64,000 nt of DNA, taken from the NCBI GenBank assembly GCA_964016885.1, contig OZ024743.1, positions 59,210,001 to 59,274,000 on the forward strand, given 5' to 3'. The position numbers and the translations under genes are program-made. Below, piece by piece: positions 24,201-37,625 of the stretch. The notes beneath the pieces were generated by a model. It made no database searches and was not told the DNA's origin. It was given only the letters and a program-made list of their open reading frames with translations. This DNA comes from Eledone cirrhosa. Taxonomy: Eukaryota. Every line of letters begins with the position of its first letter. The stretch's first letter is position 1.

Positions 24201-26186
24201 TTACCTTACTTCTCGTAGGGGAAGGACGGCTTTTCCATCCTTTTCACTGCTTGTGGCCTCCTCAGGAAGGATGTCCTTATAAATCCTCCTGGAGAGTGCT
24301 TGTCGGAAGTCTCCGATGTCTTTGGGGAATTTTTGTTTTAGTGTCATGTACGTTTTCTGTGTGATGCGAGTGATTTGTATGTGTGGAGGTGGTGTGAATT
24401 TTGGGGTTGTTGTGTAGTCTTTTTCTGTGATGCTGGTGTTGTGTTGGATGTAGTGTAATAATTGCTTGTTGTTCAAATTTAATGCTGTGTAGTGTGTATC
24501 GTTTTGGTTGTTTTGTTTTGTTTGCGTTTGTTGTGGGTTTGTTTCTGTTTCGCTTTTTGGTGACTTTTGTGGTGTAGGTGATGTTGGTGCTGGGGATAAT
24601 GATGGTGATGGTGTTGTTGTTTGGGTTGATGGGGTTGGTAATGCTGGTGTGGATGGTGGCATATCTGTCCTAACTTTTTTGTTTCTTAGTTTATTTGTTT
24701 CCCTCTGTAATTTGTTTTTGGAGGGGGAAGGAAGAGAATTTTTTCTTTTTTGGTTTCTTTTTTTTTTTTCCGGATATCGTTTCCCACTCCTCGTCGTCAC
24801 AATATGTCTCCAGTTGTGATAGGCCGGGGAGTGGAAAATCCTCCACAGCCGTTAGTTTTGGTTGTGGTGTGGTGGATGGTGTAGGCGCTGGTGCTAGTTC
24901 TGAAGCGTTGGGTGGTGGTGGTGTTGGTTTTGCAGGTGGTGGTAGTGGTGTTGGTTTTGCTACTGTTGCTGGGGTTGTTGCTGTTATAGTTGCTTCTGTT
25001 GTTGCTGCTACAGTTGTTGCTGCCATTTCTGCTACTGGTGGTGTTGATGGTTGTGTCACTCTGGGTGGGTAGGAGAGGTGGCCTCAACCTTTTAGCCTGA
25101 GGGCAGAAAGCCCTTAGGTGGGTTCCTTCACCACAAACGACACACCTAGGTCTTCTGCCCTCGACAATTACCGTGAGGTGGCTGCCGTCAGTGAGGTCTA
25201 TTACCTCTGGGATCTCCTCAATGCTTTTTTGGTCCGCTTGGATCAGGAGCTCCATCCCAGATCCGGACCAGTTTTCCTGCTTTTCTTTTGCTACTGCTAT
25301 TATTTTCGTGTTGGCTTCGATGCCGGCGAGGACAGCCGCTATTAGCCAGGGAATTTCGATGGCCGGTGGAACGTGGGTCACCCTGATCTTTACGAGTCTC
25401 TGGCCACAATAGCTTGGGACGAGTGTGAGGTCGTCACTTTTTAATGGGGCCATGGAGTGTTCTCTAGCCTCCTCTGGTGTTTCAAAGAACACATCCACGG
25501 TTCCATACTTTTGCCCACGTCTGATGTGGGTTTTTCTTGCCCACACATGTCCCAAAGCTTTTTGGATTTGGGACTCGGATGCCCGTTCCACTCGGCGCGA
25601 TTTTACATTTATTGTTCTATACGACACGGTGCATAGGCGCCGATGCTCCATTTTATTAGGTGGGGGTGTGGCTGACCCTGTACCCATCTTTCTTTACCAT
25701 TTGTTTGGCATTTTCTAAATCTTCTTGAGTTACGGTAAATGCTTCGAATTGTTTTGCTACTCTGGCGAAACTGAGGGGGGGGGGGGGGGTTATAATGTCA
25801 TTGTTGTTGTTGTTGCTATCGTTAATATTAATTTTAGTTTCAGTTGTTGTGGTGACGTCAGTCGTCTTTGGTGGGGAAGAGTCCATTTTGCTTGATTTCA
25901 TTTCGACATCACGAGTTAATTTATTTTTTTCTTCTTTTGTTTCTGTTGTCGCGGTGGTGGTGGTGGTGGTTGTCGCGGTGGTGGTGGCGGTGGAGGCTTT
26001 AACACCTGCAGTCATTGGTAATGGCGGGAAATGAATGTCTGCCTGAGACAAATTTAAAATATTGCTACTGCTTATATTTTTTTTTGTGTTGGCAAACGTA
26101 GTAACATTTACAATGGTGGTGTCGGTGTGAGGTGTTATTTTGTGAGGAAGGCTTTCAGCTGCTTCGTGCAGAGGTGAAGTAGCCAT
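24201..26186 (-). pseudogene. Tx1-like ORF1p (RRM-like region, CCHC knuckle, T/P-rich tail) split by three frameshifts
   Basis: ORFs 25656-26186, 24797-25687, 24691-25059 and 24201-24800 join when compared with copy 1; CVVCGEGTHLRAFC = CX2CX4HX4C. Confidence 0.85.
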
Positions 26187-26679
26187 TTTTTTTCAAAGAA
26201 ATTTTTTTGATAATAATACAAGTTAAAATTTTGGGCACAAGGCCCCAATCTTTTTAGGTGTCCTTTTCGGAAAACAATGTATGTGTGCTTATAAACAGTT
26301 AACAATAAAATTTTCCATAAATGGCAATTTTTAAACAAACGGAAATAACAAACCTTTGCGGAGCTCACGATAATACGATTTCCTACGTAGGTCGCCAATA
26401 ATAATAATAATAATGGTAAGAAAATGCACATGGTGGATATATATCGTTATGGAATCGCTCCCGTAAGTTTTTCATTTTTACTTATTTAAAACAACTGTGA
26501 TAGAATAATTCTTATTACAAATGACCTATAAGATTACATTTTTATACGCTTAGTAAGCCACAACGCATCGCTTTACGGCATAGGGCCCCACTATTTAATA
26601 TTTAATTTTGGCTCAGAAATGTTATAGTCGAAAAAGAGGAAAATGGCAAAATGGCAAAGTGGACAGACAGGCAAATAAT

Positions 26680-29600
26680 TTCACCACCAACACCGCCACC
26701 GCCACCATCACAACTACCACGCCAAAATGTCTAGTCAAGTTACCTCAACTTCTATTTCTAGTTCAACTACAACACCATCACTACAGTACTACGATCACAT
26801 CACCACCACCACTGCCTCATTATCGCTACCGCCGCTATTCTCTCCCACTACCTCCTGCTAAGACATGCATCGTAGTGTCCCCACTAAAAGAGGAAGGCAT
26901 CAAAAGATATAAATAGACTGATTTGATGACCCGGTCAAAAAATCAAAAAACCCAAAATCAAAATCAAGACAGCACAGCAACAACGAAAAACGCAAAGAAA
27001 AGAAAAATGAAAAGAAAAACAAACAGACAGACAAAGAAGGAAAAAAAACAAACTAAGTCAGACGTTCAAACATTACATTACAATGAAACTTATGCTTATT
27101 CTTTTTTGTTTTTTTTTATCTATTTGTTTGTTTGTTTATTTATGTTCGTCTAGAGCGTGATAGTGCCACACTAAAATCACCGGGGGTGATGAAATCACCG
27201 GAGCTGATGAAATCACCGGTGGTTATGTAACCATAGATTCACCAATCCTCGATAAGAGTGCTTAAATGTCGAACTTAAACAGTTCGAATAGCGGTGAAGT
27301 GGAGACTGGAATGTCATGTGACAGACTCTCACCCAGCAGGTTCTCCCTGGCTCTCAACAAAATACTGCTGGTGTCGGAGGAAGAATAAGAAGGAAGGGGA
27401 ACTGCACCAACTTGTCGAAATAATTGAATAGAATTGTTATGCAATGTTACCTGAAGAGTAACCTCAAGGAGAAAGGCTATAGGAAACGGATGCATAACAT
27501 CTGCAACGGGATTGGTCTATTTAAATTAGATGAACAAAAATTGGCCGGGCAGGCTCGGGTAATAAGAACTAATGGGTGGATAAGCGAGCTGGAACTGGAG
27601 AAATTGAGCAGAGAGATTAGGTTGGAAATGGAGGGTGTAGTATGCCAGACAAACGAGCCAGTGGGAAATGAAGATGAACAGGTTGAGAGAACGGAGGAAC
27701 CATCCGAAGCAGACAATGATCTGAAAGCTGAAATAAATAATACCTGGAACAAAGATACGGCCATTGAGGAGATGAATGCTGACGGGCTAGGACAAGATTT
27801 GTTTGATATCCTAAACTTAGTGGTAGATGAATTGAACAATGATAGTGGGAAACCTATGAACCTAAGATTTGTAGACAGGATAAAGTTAAAAGAAACAACA
27901 GCTAAGGTAAACAAAGTCATACGATACCTTGAGGCGAGGAGCCTTCACCAGTGCAACAATATCCTCAAAGCAACAGCAAATGCGGTGAGGAAATTACTTA
28001 GCATAAAAGCGAGAGGAAACAACACACAAGAAAGATCAGAACCTTGGGGGAAGAAACGACTGAATGATCAAATCAGGGAAATGAGAAATTACATTGGAAA
28101 GCTTGAGTCCCTACTGAATGGGACACTAAAAAACATAGACACTAAAATTAGACTGTCGAGGAAAAAGCTAAATATTATCATAGAGGAACTGAAGCAACGT
28201 ATTATAGCAAATAGTGCAAAAATTAGGCGGTACGAGAACAGAGTCAGTCAGTATATACAGAACCGCATGTTTGACAACAAACAGAAGATGCTGTTTGGAC
28301 AGCTTGAAGGGAAAGAAAGTGGCAACGACTTGATCCACGAGGCGGAACAAACTAAGACATTCTGGAGAGGAATATGGGAGCAGGATATTAAATATAATGA
28401 CCAGGTAGTGTGGATTGAGACTGTACAAAAGCAGATAAGTGAACAGGCACACCAACAAACTGATTTGAGTATCACAGTTGAAACCCTTAAAGGGTAGGCC
28501 AAAAAACTAACCAACTAGAAATTACCCGGCCCAGATGGTGTGCAGGGGTATTGGTTAAAAATATAACATCCCTCCACCCGAAACTGACAACCATGTTCAA
28601 TGACTGCTTGATGTCAGGTGAGGTACCAGAGTGGTTGTCAAAAGGTATCACAGTTCAGGTAATGAAAGACCGAATCAAGGGTAATGATGTTACCAACTAT
28701 AGACCTATCACATGTCTGTCCGTAATGTGGAAACTGTTGACAAGCATTATGTCTGGGGAAATCTACCATCACCTCCACACAAACAACTTGTTACCGGACG
28801 AACAGAAAGAATGCCGAAAGAAGTCCCGTGGTACAAATGACCAGTTACTTAAGATGGTAATGAGGAATTGCAAGTGGAGACACACTGGTCTTGCCATGGG
28901 ATGGATAGACTACAAAAAGGCATTTGACATGGTGCCCCATTCTAGGATCACCAAAAGCCTAGAGATCTTCAAGGTGGCAGATAATATCAGACAGTTGTTG
29001 AGCAAAAGTATGAAGTCCTGGAAAACCGAGTTAACGTCAGCTGGAGAATCCTTCTGAGGCGTGAAGATCAAGAGAGTTATCTTCCAGGGAGATAGTCTTT
29101 CCCCTCTGTTGTTTGTCCTTGCCCTGATGCCACTGACCATTATACTGCGAAAAGTAAGCGCAGGATACGAGTTGGGAAAGGGAGAGCTTACCATCAATCA
29201 CCTCCTCTTCATGGACGCTCTTAAGATCTTCGGGAAGAGTGAGAAGGAGATGGATGTGCTTGTTGATACTGTCCGTATTTTCGGCAATGATATATGTATG
29301 CATTTTGGTATTAGTAAGTGTGGAGTCCTTGTGATGACGAGGGGTAAATTGAGCAGAAGCAATGGAATGCAGGTACCAACATATGAGATGATAATGCAAA
29401 TTGACACTGAAGAAGGATACTAGTAATTGGCGTTTTATGCAGGCTGATGATATCAACAAGAAAAAAATGAAGGAATTGATAAGATCTGAATACATTCGGA
29501 GAGTAAGGAGCGTATTAAAGTCACATCTGAACAGTAGGAATGTCATAAGTGCAGTCCGAGCTGTGTTTATTGTTAGATACATTGCGGGAATTCTGAGATG

Positions 29601-30600
29601 GAACGTTGCTGAACAAAAAGAAATGGATAGGAAGACTAGGAAGCTATTGACTATCTAATACATGTTCCATAAGAGGAGTGATGTCGATAGACTCTACTTA
29701 AGGAGATCTGAAGGTGGAAGGGGTCTTACCAGCATAGAGGACTGTGTTCAGATGGAGAAAAACAACCTACACAAATACGTGACTGATAGTAAGAGCCAAT
29801 GCTCAGAATTGTACTGAGGGAGAGGAAAATAGACCAGGGGATGTCCAAGGAGGAAATAACAACGAGGAGAAAGAACAGCCTTCATGAAAAATCCCTTCAT
29901 AGTACTTTCTTTGAGAAAACTGAAATCGAGATCTACAGACATGGAACTGGTTGAAAAGAGCAGACCGTAAAAATGCTACAGAAGGAATGCTAATGGCTGC
30001 GCAAGAGTAGACCCGCAAAACGAAGTGGTTGAAACACCATATTTACAAGGAGGAGGCTAGCCTACTGTGCAGGATCTGTGGAGAGAGAGAGGAGACTGTG
30101 GCTCACATTGTATCCGAGTGTAAACACCTAGCGCAGACTCACTATAAGGGCTGGAGACATGATGTGATGGGTAGGGTGATCCCTGGCACCTATGCAAAGT
30201 AAACAATTTACCACATTCTGAGAAGTGGTATGCGCATAAGCCAGAGTCGGTGATAGAAAACGATCAGGTGAAGATGCTGTGTGATTTTAGGATACAGACG
30301 GACAAGAAACTGGAATACAATAGACCTGACTTGGTGGTTTTGGACAAGGAAAAAAGATCGTGTCTGATTGTGGATGTGGGCTGCCCATTAGACACGAGAG
30401 TGCAAGAGAAGGAGAGGGAGAAAATTAAACGATACCAGGACTTAAGGTGGGAGGTAAAAAGGATTTTGAACTGCCATGAAGGTAAAGTGGTCCAGATTGT
30501 CATAGGCGCACTAGGTACTATCTCAAAAAGTTTCCAGTGATGGTATAAGCACATTGGCCCCGCCCCGCTTTAACTAACATCAATGACTGAGACTCAAAGA
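26680..30600 (+). mobile_element. R4/Dong-like family B copy 2 (more decayed)
   Basis: Colinear with 16333-20437 including leader; ORFs 27424-30540; deletion near 30560; (TAA)n tail 30601-30620. Confidence 0.93.
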
Positions 30601-30620
30601 ATAATAATAATAATAATAAT

Positions 30621-33378
30621 AAAATTGAAAAGAAAATACAGTATAAAATCAACAAGTGACGTAGACATGCTGATAGAAATAATCAAGCAAAAAGTTTCAG
30701 CCAAAGCTGCTCGTATACGGCGCTGTGAAAAACGATCTAGATTCCATAATGACAATAATATGTTCAAAAACAACCAAAGAAACTTCTACAGAAACATTGG
30801 AAAGTCAACAATAACTGCTAAATCAAGGAGGAAGTACAAGAATTCTGGGAAAAGATCTGGGCCGAAGAAAAAGTTCATAATATACATGCCCCATGGATAG
30901 ACAGACAAATGAATGGTACAGCTCACCTTGAGGAACAAATATGGGAAAATATAACAGTTGAAGAGTTGCGTTTGGCTCTTAGAAAAACCAGCAAATGGAA
31001 ATCCCCAGGAAAAGACAAAATACAAATTTTTGGATAAATGCCCTCACAGAGTCTCATGTGCTGTTAGCCCAACTTTACAATGAAATAGTTAAAGAGTCAG
31101 AAAAGATACCATCATAGCTAGTTAACGGCATTACATTCCTGCTTCCGAAGAATGATGAAACAAACAATCCCATAAATTACAGACCGATAACTTGCTTGAC
31201 CACAATGTATAACATTTTAACATCAGTCCTAACTGAATATACATATGACCACCTGATAACAAATGACCTATTTCCCAATGAGCAGAAAGGGTGTAAATGT
31301 GGCTCATATGGCTGTAAGGATCAGCTTTTGGTTAACAAAATGATTCTGGAAGATTGTTATAATGGACACAAAAATCTATCAATTGCTCGGATAGATTATA
31401 AAAAAGCATTCGATAGTTTGCCACAGAGTTGGATTGAAAAATGTTTTTGAGATTTTCAAAATATCTCCCGTTATCAGGAGGTTCTTGTCGTTCAGTATGA
31501 AGACATGGAAAACGACACTACTTTTGAATAGTGAAAAAGAATCACTGGAAGCTGGAGAAGTTAATATTAATTGTGGAATTTTTCAGGTTGACTCTTTGTC
31601 ACCGCTTTTATTCTGCATCTCACTTATACCATTAAGTAAAATGCTCAATGAAACAAAACATGGATATAAAGTCTATGACAAAACCATTAATCACTTGTTC
31701 TACATGGATGGCCTGAAAACTTTTGCAAAAAATGATGAACAATTGTAGGGGTTATTATCCACTGTGGAGCAGTTCAGTGATGACATTAAAATGGAGTTTG
31801 GGCTACATAAATGCGGCAAAGCAACGTTCGCCAGAGGAAAGCTGCTGAAAAGTTCAGACATTAATCTTGATCGGGGGAATATGATAAGAGAAATTGATCG
31901 AGAGGAAACTTACAAATATCTAGGTGTTTGTGAAGGAGACGGAATCCAGCACTCGACAATGAGAGAAAGGATAAGGAAGGAATGTTACCGCAGAGTAAGA
32001 GCAATCTTAAGAACGGAATTGAATGCAAGAAATAGGATCGATGCCATAAACACGCTTAAACCTACATTTACAATGTCATCAACTGGTCAAGCACAGAGAT
32101 CCGTAGGCTCGATACAAAAATTAGAAAATTCGTAACCATGCACAGAATGCATCACCATAAGGCAGATACAGATATAATATATCTCCCTAGGAAAGAAGGA
32201 GGACGTGGGTTAATCCGGTTAGATATTGCGTTGAAAACTGCAATTGGATTATCTACATAGCTAAGGGAATCACATGATTGGATGATCAAACTCGTTTTGA
32301 AACATGAAAGCATCAAAAGATCATACTCCATTACAAAAGATGCACAAGGATACAGTAATGGACTACATATTTCACAAGTCCCATTTACTGCTGAAATGGA
32401 AAACACAGAAAAGGCAAAGCAGGTAAAAGTAACTGCAAAGAAAGAACTGGTACAGAAACTGGCTAAGAAATGGCAAGAAAAGCCTCTGTATGGAAAATAC
32501 CCAGGAAGAGCTAACAATCCTGATGTTGACAAAACTTTAACCCATCAGTGGTTGGCATCCGCTGGACTGAAATCGGAGACTGAAGGACTTATTATATCAG
32601 CACAAGATCAGTGTCTGCCAACAAAAAATTACCAAGCCAACATAATAAAAAATGGATGCAACCCATTATGCCGTGTATCTAAAAAACAACCAGAGACCAT
32701 TTGTCATATAATTTCAATGTGCATTCCTATAGCTCCAACCGAATACCTAAACAGGCATGACAGAGCTGCACAATACATACATTGGATAATGTGTAAGCAA
32801 TTTGACCTGCCCCATCAAAAGAATTGGTGGGAACATCAACCACCTTCCATACTTGAAAAAGATCACATCTCAATCTTGTGGAACTTTAACATCCAAACAG
32901 ACCGAAAAGTAGATGCAAATAAACCTGATATAATACTGAAGGACTTTAAAAAGAGGGTATGCCTACTAATTGATATGTCCGTTCCAATAGACAATAATGT
33001 ATCTATAAAAACATTTGAAAAATTGAGCAACTATAACGACCTGGAGATAGAAATTGGAAAGATATGGAAATTGAGAACTAAAACAATACCAGTGGTTGTA
33101 GGCGCTCTAGGAATGATACCTAGAGGCTCTAATGATTACTTATTGCAAATCTCAGGAAACCCGCGTATAGGAGAAATTCAAAAGATTGTACTAATGGGAA
33201 CTGCACATATACTAAGGAAGATTCTGTCAATATAAGTACATCACATGTCTAAACACCTAAAGATGCATGTGTGTGTATGTATGTTCCTTCTTGAACATGG
33301 CGGACCTTGTTGTCTCTTGAGGTCACTGGTTGTGACTTGGTAATAACTCGTATGAACATAAAGCAAGATAAATGCAAC
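30621..33378 (+). mobile_element. R4/Dong-like family A copy 2 (5' truncated)
   Basis: Colinear with 13526-15671 from ~31247; RT and RLE motifs in ORFs 31196-33235; short TAA tail. Confidence 0.93.
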
Positions 33379-33595
33379 TATAATAATAATAGTGATGATA
33401 ATATTTATACTTTTATATATAATCTATATACAAAACAACATAAGGGTAATATATTGTATTACCCAGTTACCAGTAAGAAAATTAGCTCAATGTAAAATAT
33501 CAGATATACTACAGAGCAGAATTCTTTTCAGAATACTTTTCATTGTGATATTCTTTTTTTCTTATTCTTCAATATATTATAACGGATACTAATAA

Positions 33596-35280
33596 CACCG
33601 TATAACATATTTTTTGTTCCCCGGTTCTAACTGTCATATCATGGTTTGTTATATCCCATTATTATAAAAAAATACTATTTATTTAATCAGAAGTTTGGGT
33701 TTGTGGTCAGGAGTTTGATATTTCGAAATTTTCATATTTTTCTTAAATTTATCATTTCAATTTAATTAAATCAACAGAGTATATATTTATTTTATTACAC
33801 AAGCTTATCAAAAGCAAACGAGTAAAAACAAATAACACTTATGACTGGATTTCCTGGATTTGCGGTTGTAGTCCAGGTCGCATTACCGTACTAGCCCCCA
33901 GATATAGTCACTCATCATTTTTTCATTGTGCCTCCGCTCTATCTCTTTCACATCTTGGTGGAATCGTTCGCCTTGTTCTTCTGAGTAAGTGCCCATATTA
34001 TCCTTGATTTTTTCCAGGTGAGCGTCCAGCATATGGAGTTTAAGCGACATCCTGCATCTCATGGCGCCAAAAGCCTTTATCAGATCCTGCACCAGTTGCT
34101 GGTAGTTTTCAGCTCTGTAGTTGCCCAGGAAGCCCTTAACAACTGCCTTGAAACAGTTCCATGCTGTTCTATCAATCCTATTGAGCTTATTGGAGAACTC
34201 GATAGACTCAAAAACCTTCTTTATCTGAGGTCCAACAGAAATTCCACCTTTGATTTTGGCCTCAAATAACTTGGGGAAGAACTCAAGAAGGTACTTAAAA
34301 GCGGCTGAGTCTTGGTTGAGAGCCTTCACAAACTGCTTCATCAACCCCAACTTAATGTGCAGTTGCGGCATGAGCACAATCCTGGGATCAACCAGTGGCT
34401 CCCACATGAAGTTCAGGGTTCCAACTACAAATTCTGTTCGCTGCTCCCAGTTCATTCTTTTGTAGTGGTCAGAGGTGGCTCTGCTGTCCCAAAGAAAGAG
34501 GAAACATTGGAATTTGATAAAGCTTCCTTGGAGTCCAAGCAGGAAATCCACCATCTTGAAGTCACCAATGATTTCCCAATTTTTACTGGTTGTATTGCAG
34601 AGTTTCCAAGAGGACTTTCACACTGTAGTAATCTTCCTTCAGGCAGACTGAATGAGCTAGGAGCAGTGTCGGGAACTTGTTTCCATTGTGGAGGAGGACA
34701 GCCTTCAAACTTGTGGTGGAGCTGTCTATAAATAGCCGCCATTCCTTGGGCACAAACGGCACCCCAATAACGTCAAACAGTCTAGGCACGTCATGGTAGA
34801 AGCAGAGGCCATCCCTAAGAGTGTAAAAGCCTGAGAAAGGTTCGTGTCGACTTCCCTGACTTGTCCAAGTCTTCTTGACCAAGTTCCACTGCTTCATCCT
34901 GGAGACGAATGCTTAAAACACAACTTACCCTTTATTCAGGGTGTGAAAATCCAGTATCAATAAATCTCTTTAATCCACATTTTAACAATTTTATACTTTA
35001 TTGCACTTTCATAATTTTCTTTAGTTATTACTCTTTATTTTATAATTTTAATTAAACTTGAAACATATATAAAAAAAATCATTTAACATCAGCAAATTAA
35101 ACTTACATACAACGTAAAATCCAGCATACAAATAATTCTAGTGAATAGCTTAGAATGTTTACAAGCCCAAACTTTTAACTGTTTAATAGCACTTTTTTTA
35201 AATTTATTTCGGACCTAAGAAACACAAAAAAAAGTGATTACAAGCCAGGAACAGAAAAAAGAATTTGTTGTTACACGGTG
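33596..35280 (-). mobile_element. Chapaev3-like (CMC) DNA transposon, internally deleted
   Basis: TIRs caccgtataaca / tgttacacggtg; TAA on both sides (33593-33595, 35281-35283); family assignment from recalled transposase motifs. Confidence 0.85.
33883..34897 (-). pseudogene. Chapaev3-like DDE transposase C-terminal part (disrupted)
   Basis: WRLFIDSS..SLKAVLLHNGN, LHIKLGLMKQFVKAL, VGPQIK, MSLKLH, EEQGERFHQD. Confidence 0.85.
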
Positions 35281-35442
35281 TAATCATAATTAGTCTTCTC
35301 AAATAAAATGTATCTTAATGAATGTTCTAATGATTAGAAATTTATTTGTCTTAACATGCTCCGATAGTCCAGGCATCTGTCTTGAAGAAACGGTCGTTAG
35401 CTATTAAATGCATTAAACAAAATTTGATTGTTTCTATGTTGC

Positions 35443-35573
<131 letters not shown>

Positions 35574-35819
35574 GAGCAACGATGTTTGCTCGACACTACG
35601 GCTTAATACGGGATGTTTGTTTACAAACACACCGAGCATTATAATAAATGTTCCGTGAATCCATATGTACATATATATATATATGTGTGCATGTATGTAT
35701 ATATATATATATACATACTACTGTACGTCTGTATACATATATATGTGTACGTGTACATACTTATATTTAAGTAACAGCCGTACTAAGAGTGGGAAATGAA
35801 ATTTCGTTTCATTTTTTCC

Positions 35820-35883
<64 letters not shown>

Positions 35884-36724
35884 TCCGAAGAGATTGTTTT
35901 GGTAAAAACAGGAGCAAGCAGGAGAAAGCTCTCAACAATCGCAGTTTTTAGTTACGATAGAGATTTTTATAAAATTACAAAATAAGATGCTGAGGTTATA
36001 TAAATCGTTTAATAATTATAATTGTTTCCACGGATTTCCATGCAATCGAGAAGTTCTTCCTGCATTTGTTGTTATGAGAACGATATCCGAATTGTTTAAT
36101 ATGCCGCCGATAGGAAAAACACATGTCCTATTGCTTGTGTGCCAAGCAGCCACATGTCAAACTCCACCACCTATAACAAAAGGCAGAAACGCTTGAGCCA
36201 GGAGTTGCGAACCATTGATCGTATCACCATTGGAAAGCTAGAAATTGTCTTCTACGTTTCCACTGGTTCGTTTGCAAACACACCCAGACGCCCAACTAAA
36301 GTTGAGATAACGCAATACACAACGTTTCCAAGGCTAAACTATTATTTGATATACAATAAGTCTCCTGTATATACGACTCAAAGTTTTAATATAATGTGGC
36401 ATTACTTTCGCTTGGTTTGTATATTTCAGCTTTATCCTTTTTTGTTATGTGTTTATATGTATGTGTTTCTTTCCTGTGTTTTGTCTTTGTTCGTGTTTCT
36501 CAATACATACATGTTAATACGACATTAGAAAGTGAAAGTAGCCGATCGTCTGTTCGAAAGAAAATGTATATTCCATTGCTTTTTCAATTGATTAAATTAT
36601 TTGCCATTAGCAAATTATGGCAGAACATACCAATAATCCGTTGATATCTCACTAAGTTGTTTAGACAAGATATATAATATTAAATTGTACTCATATAATA
36701 TACTACTATTATTTAATAGTATAT

Positions 36725-36915
36725 GGGGCGATGGATTTGCATTATCGGTAGAGTGTCAGACGCCATGCTGTCCAACATAAAGTTATGGCCATTTACAGTC
36801 TGAGTTCAAATCCAGCCGATTTTAACTCTGCCTTTCATTCTTATGGGGTCGATAAAATAAAGCACCAGCAATGTACTGGGAACATTTTCCAAAAGTAGAA
36901 ACAATTATTTTATTA
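36725..36915 (+). mobile_element. SINE family 1, followed by a degenerate second SINE (~36926-37130)
   Basis: tatcggtagag...gagttcaaatcc...gcctttcattcttatggggtcgataaaataaagcaccag...gtagaaacaattatt. Confidence 0.8.
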
Positions 36916-37359
36916 GTATATATTAGGGCGGTAGATCAACAATATCAGTAGAGCGTTGGACAATATCATTTGCTGTGCAGCGTTAAGGCCCTTTACTTTC
37001 CGAGTTTGAATCTTTCCGAGGTTAGCTTATAGGGTCGATATATTAAAGAAACAATAACGACATAACGTCGATTCAATCGACTTTCACCTTCCCTTTAAAT
37101 CGCTGGCATTGTACCAAAAGTTATTTGTATATATTTGTGTGGATATTCTATCTCATTTAAAAACAGATGGAATACATCTCCCCCTCTTTTTTTACATATC
37201 AAAGTTAGCTTGGCGCAAGTAATTGTAATTGAAAAGTGATACATACGGGTATAAAATTTAAAACTTCTAAAGTAAAAGCCCAGCCGAGCGCACAAATACA
37301 TTCCCGGACCTCAAAACCTACAATATACAAATTCCAATACTCAACCCCATTAATCCAAC

Positions 37360-37625
37360 GTCTGTCTCAAGCCAGGAGGCGCATCAGGCCGGTACTTATC
37401 CTGTTTTCGGGACGTGAAGTAACTGAGAGCACACGCCTCACCCTTGGAGAGGACGCCAGTCCCTCGTAGGGTTAAACCCCCAGTCGTTGCTTGTACAATC
37501 TTTCATTTATGTATATTGTAGCAATGTGAAACGAAAGGTTTTGGTCAATAACACCTCACACAACCCAGCCCAGGAATCGAACACACAAAATTATGATCGT
37601 AAGTCCAATAAACATCCCACTATCC
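37360..37625 (-). mobile_element. tRNA-derived SINE family 2
   Basis: Minus-strand B box gttcgattcctgg; head similar to 5880-6000. Confidence 0.55.

Larger units (their letters stand above)
20503..26396 (-). mobile_element. Tx1-like non-LTR retrotransposon copy 2, full length
   Basis: 5' UTR, ORF1, intact ORF2, 3' UTR with AATAAA; bounded by (AAT)n at 20448-20502 and 26397-26414. Confidence 0.96.

Noticed and set aside
25656-25690. Programmed frameshift between ORF1 segments
   Set aside because: Copy 1 reads through the same position in one frame (GYRVSPTPLNKMEHRR), so the shift is copy-specific.
27175-27222. CTGATGA/GAAA hammerhead or CRISPR-like repeat in (gatgaaatcaccgg)x3
   Set aside because: Short tandem duplication absent from the other Dong B copy; no stems and no spacers.
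13526-33378. Single segmental duplication explaining the repeated Dong A/B and Tx1 copies
   Set aside because: Order and truncation points differ between repeats (A then B vs B then A), which fits independent insertions better.
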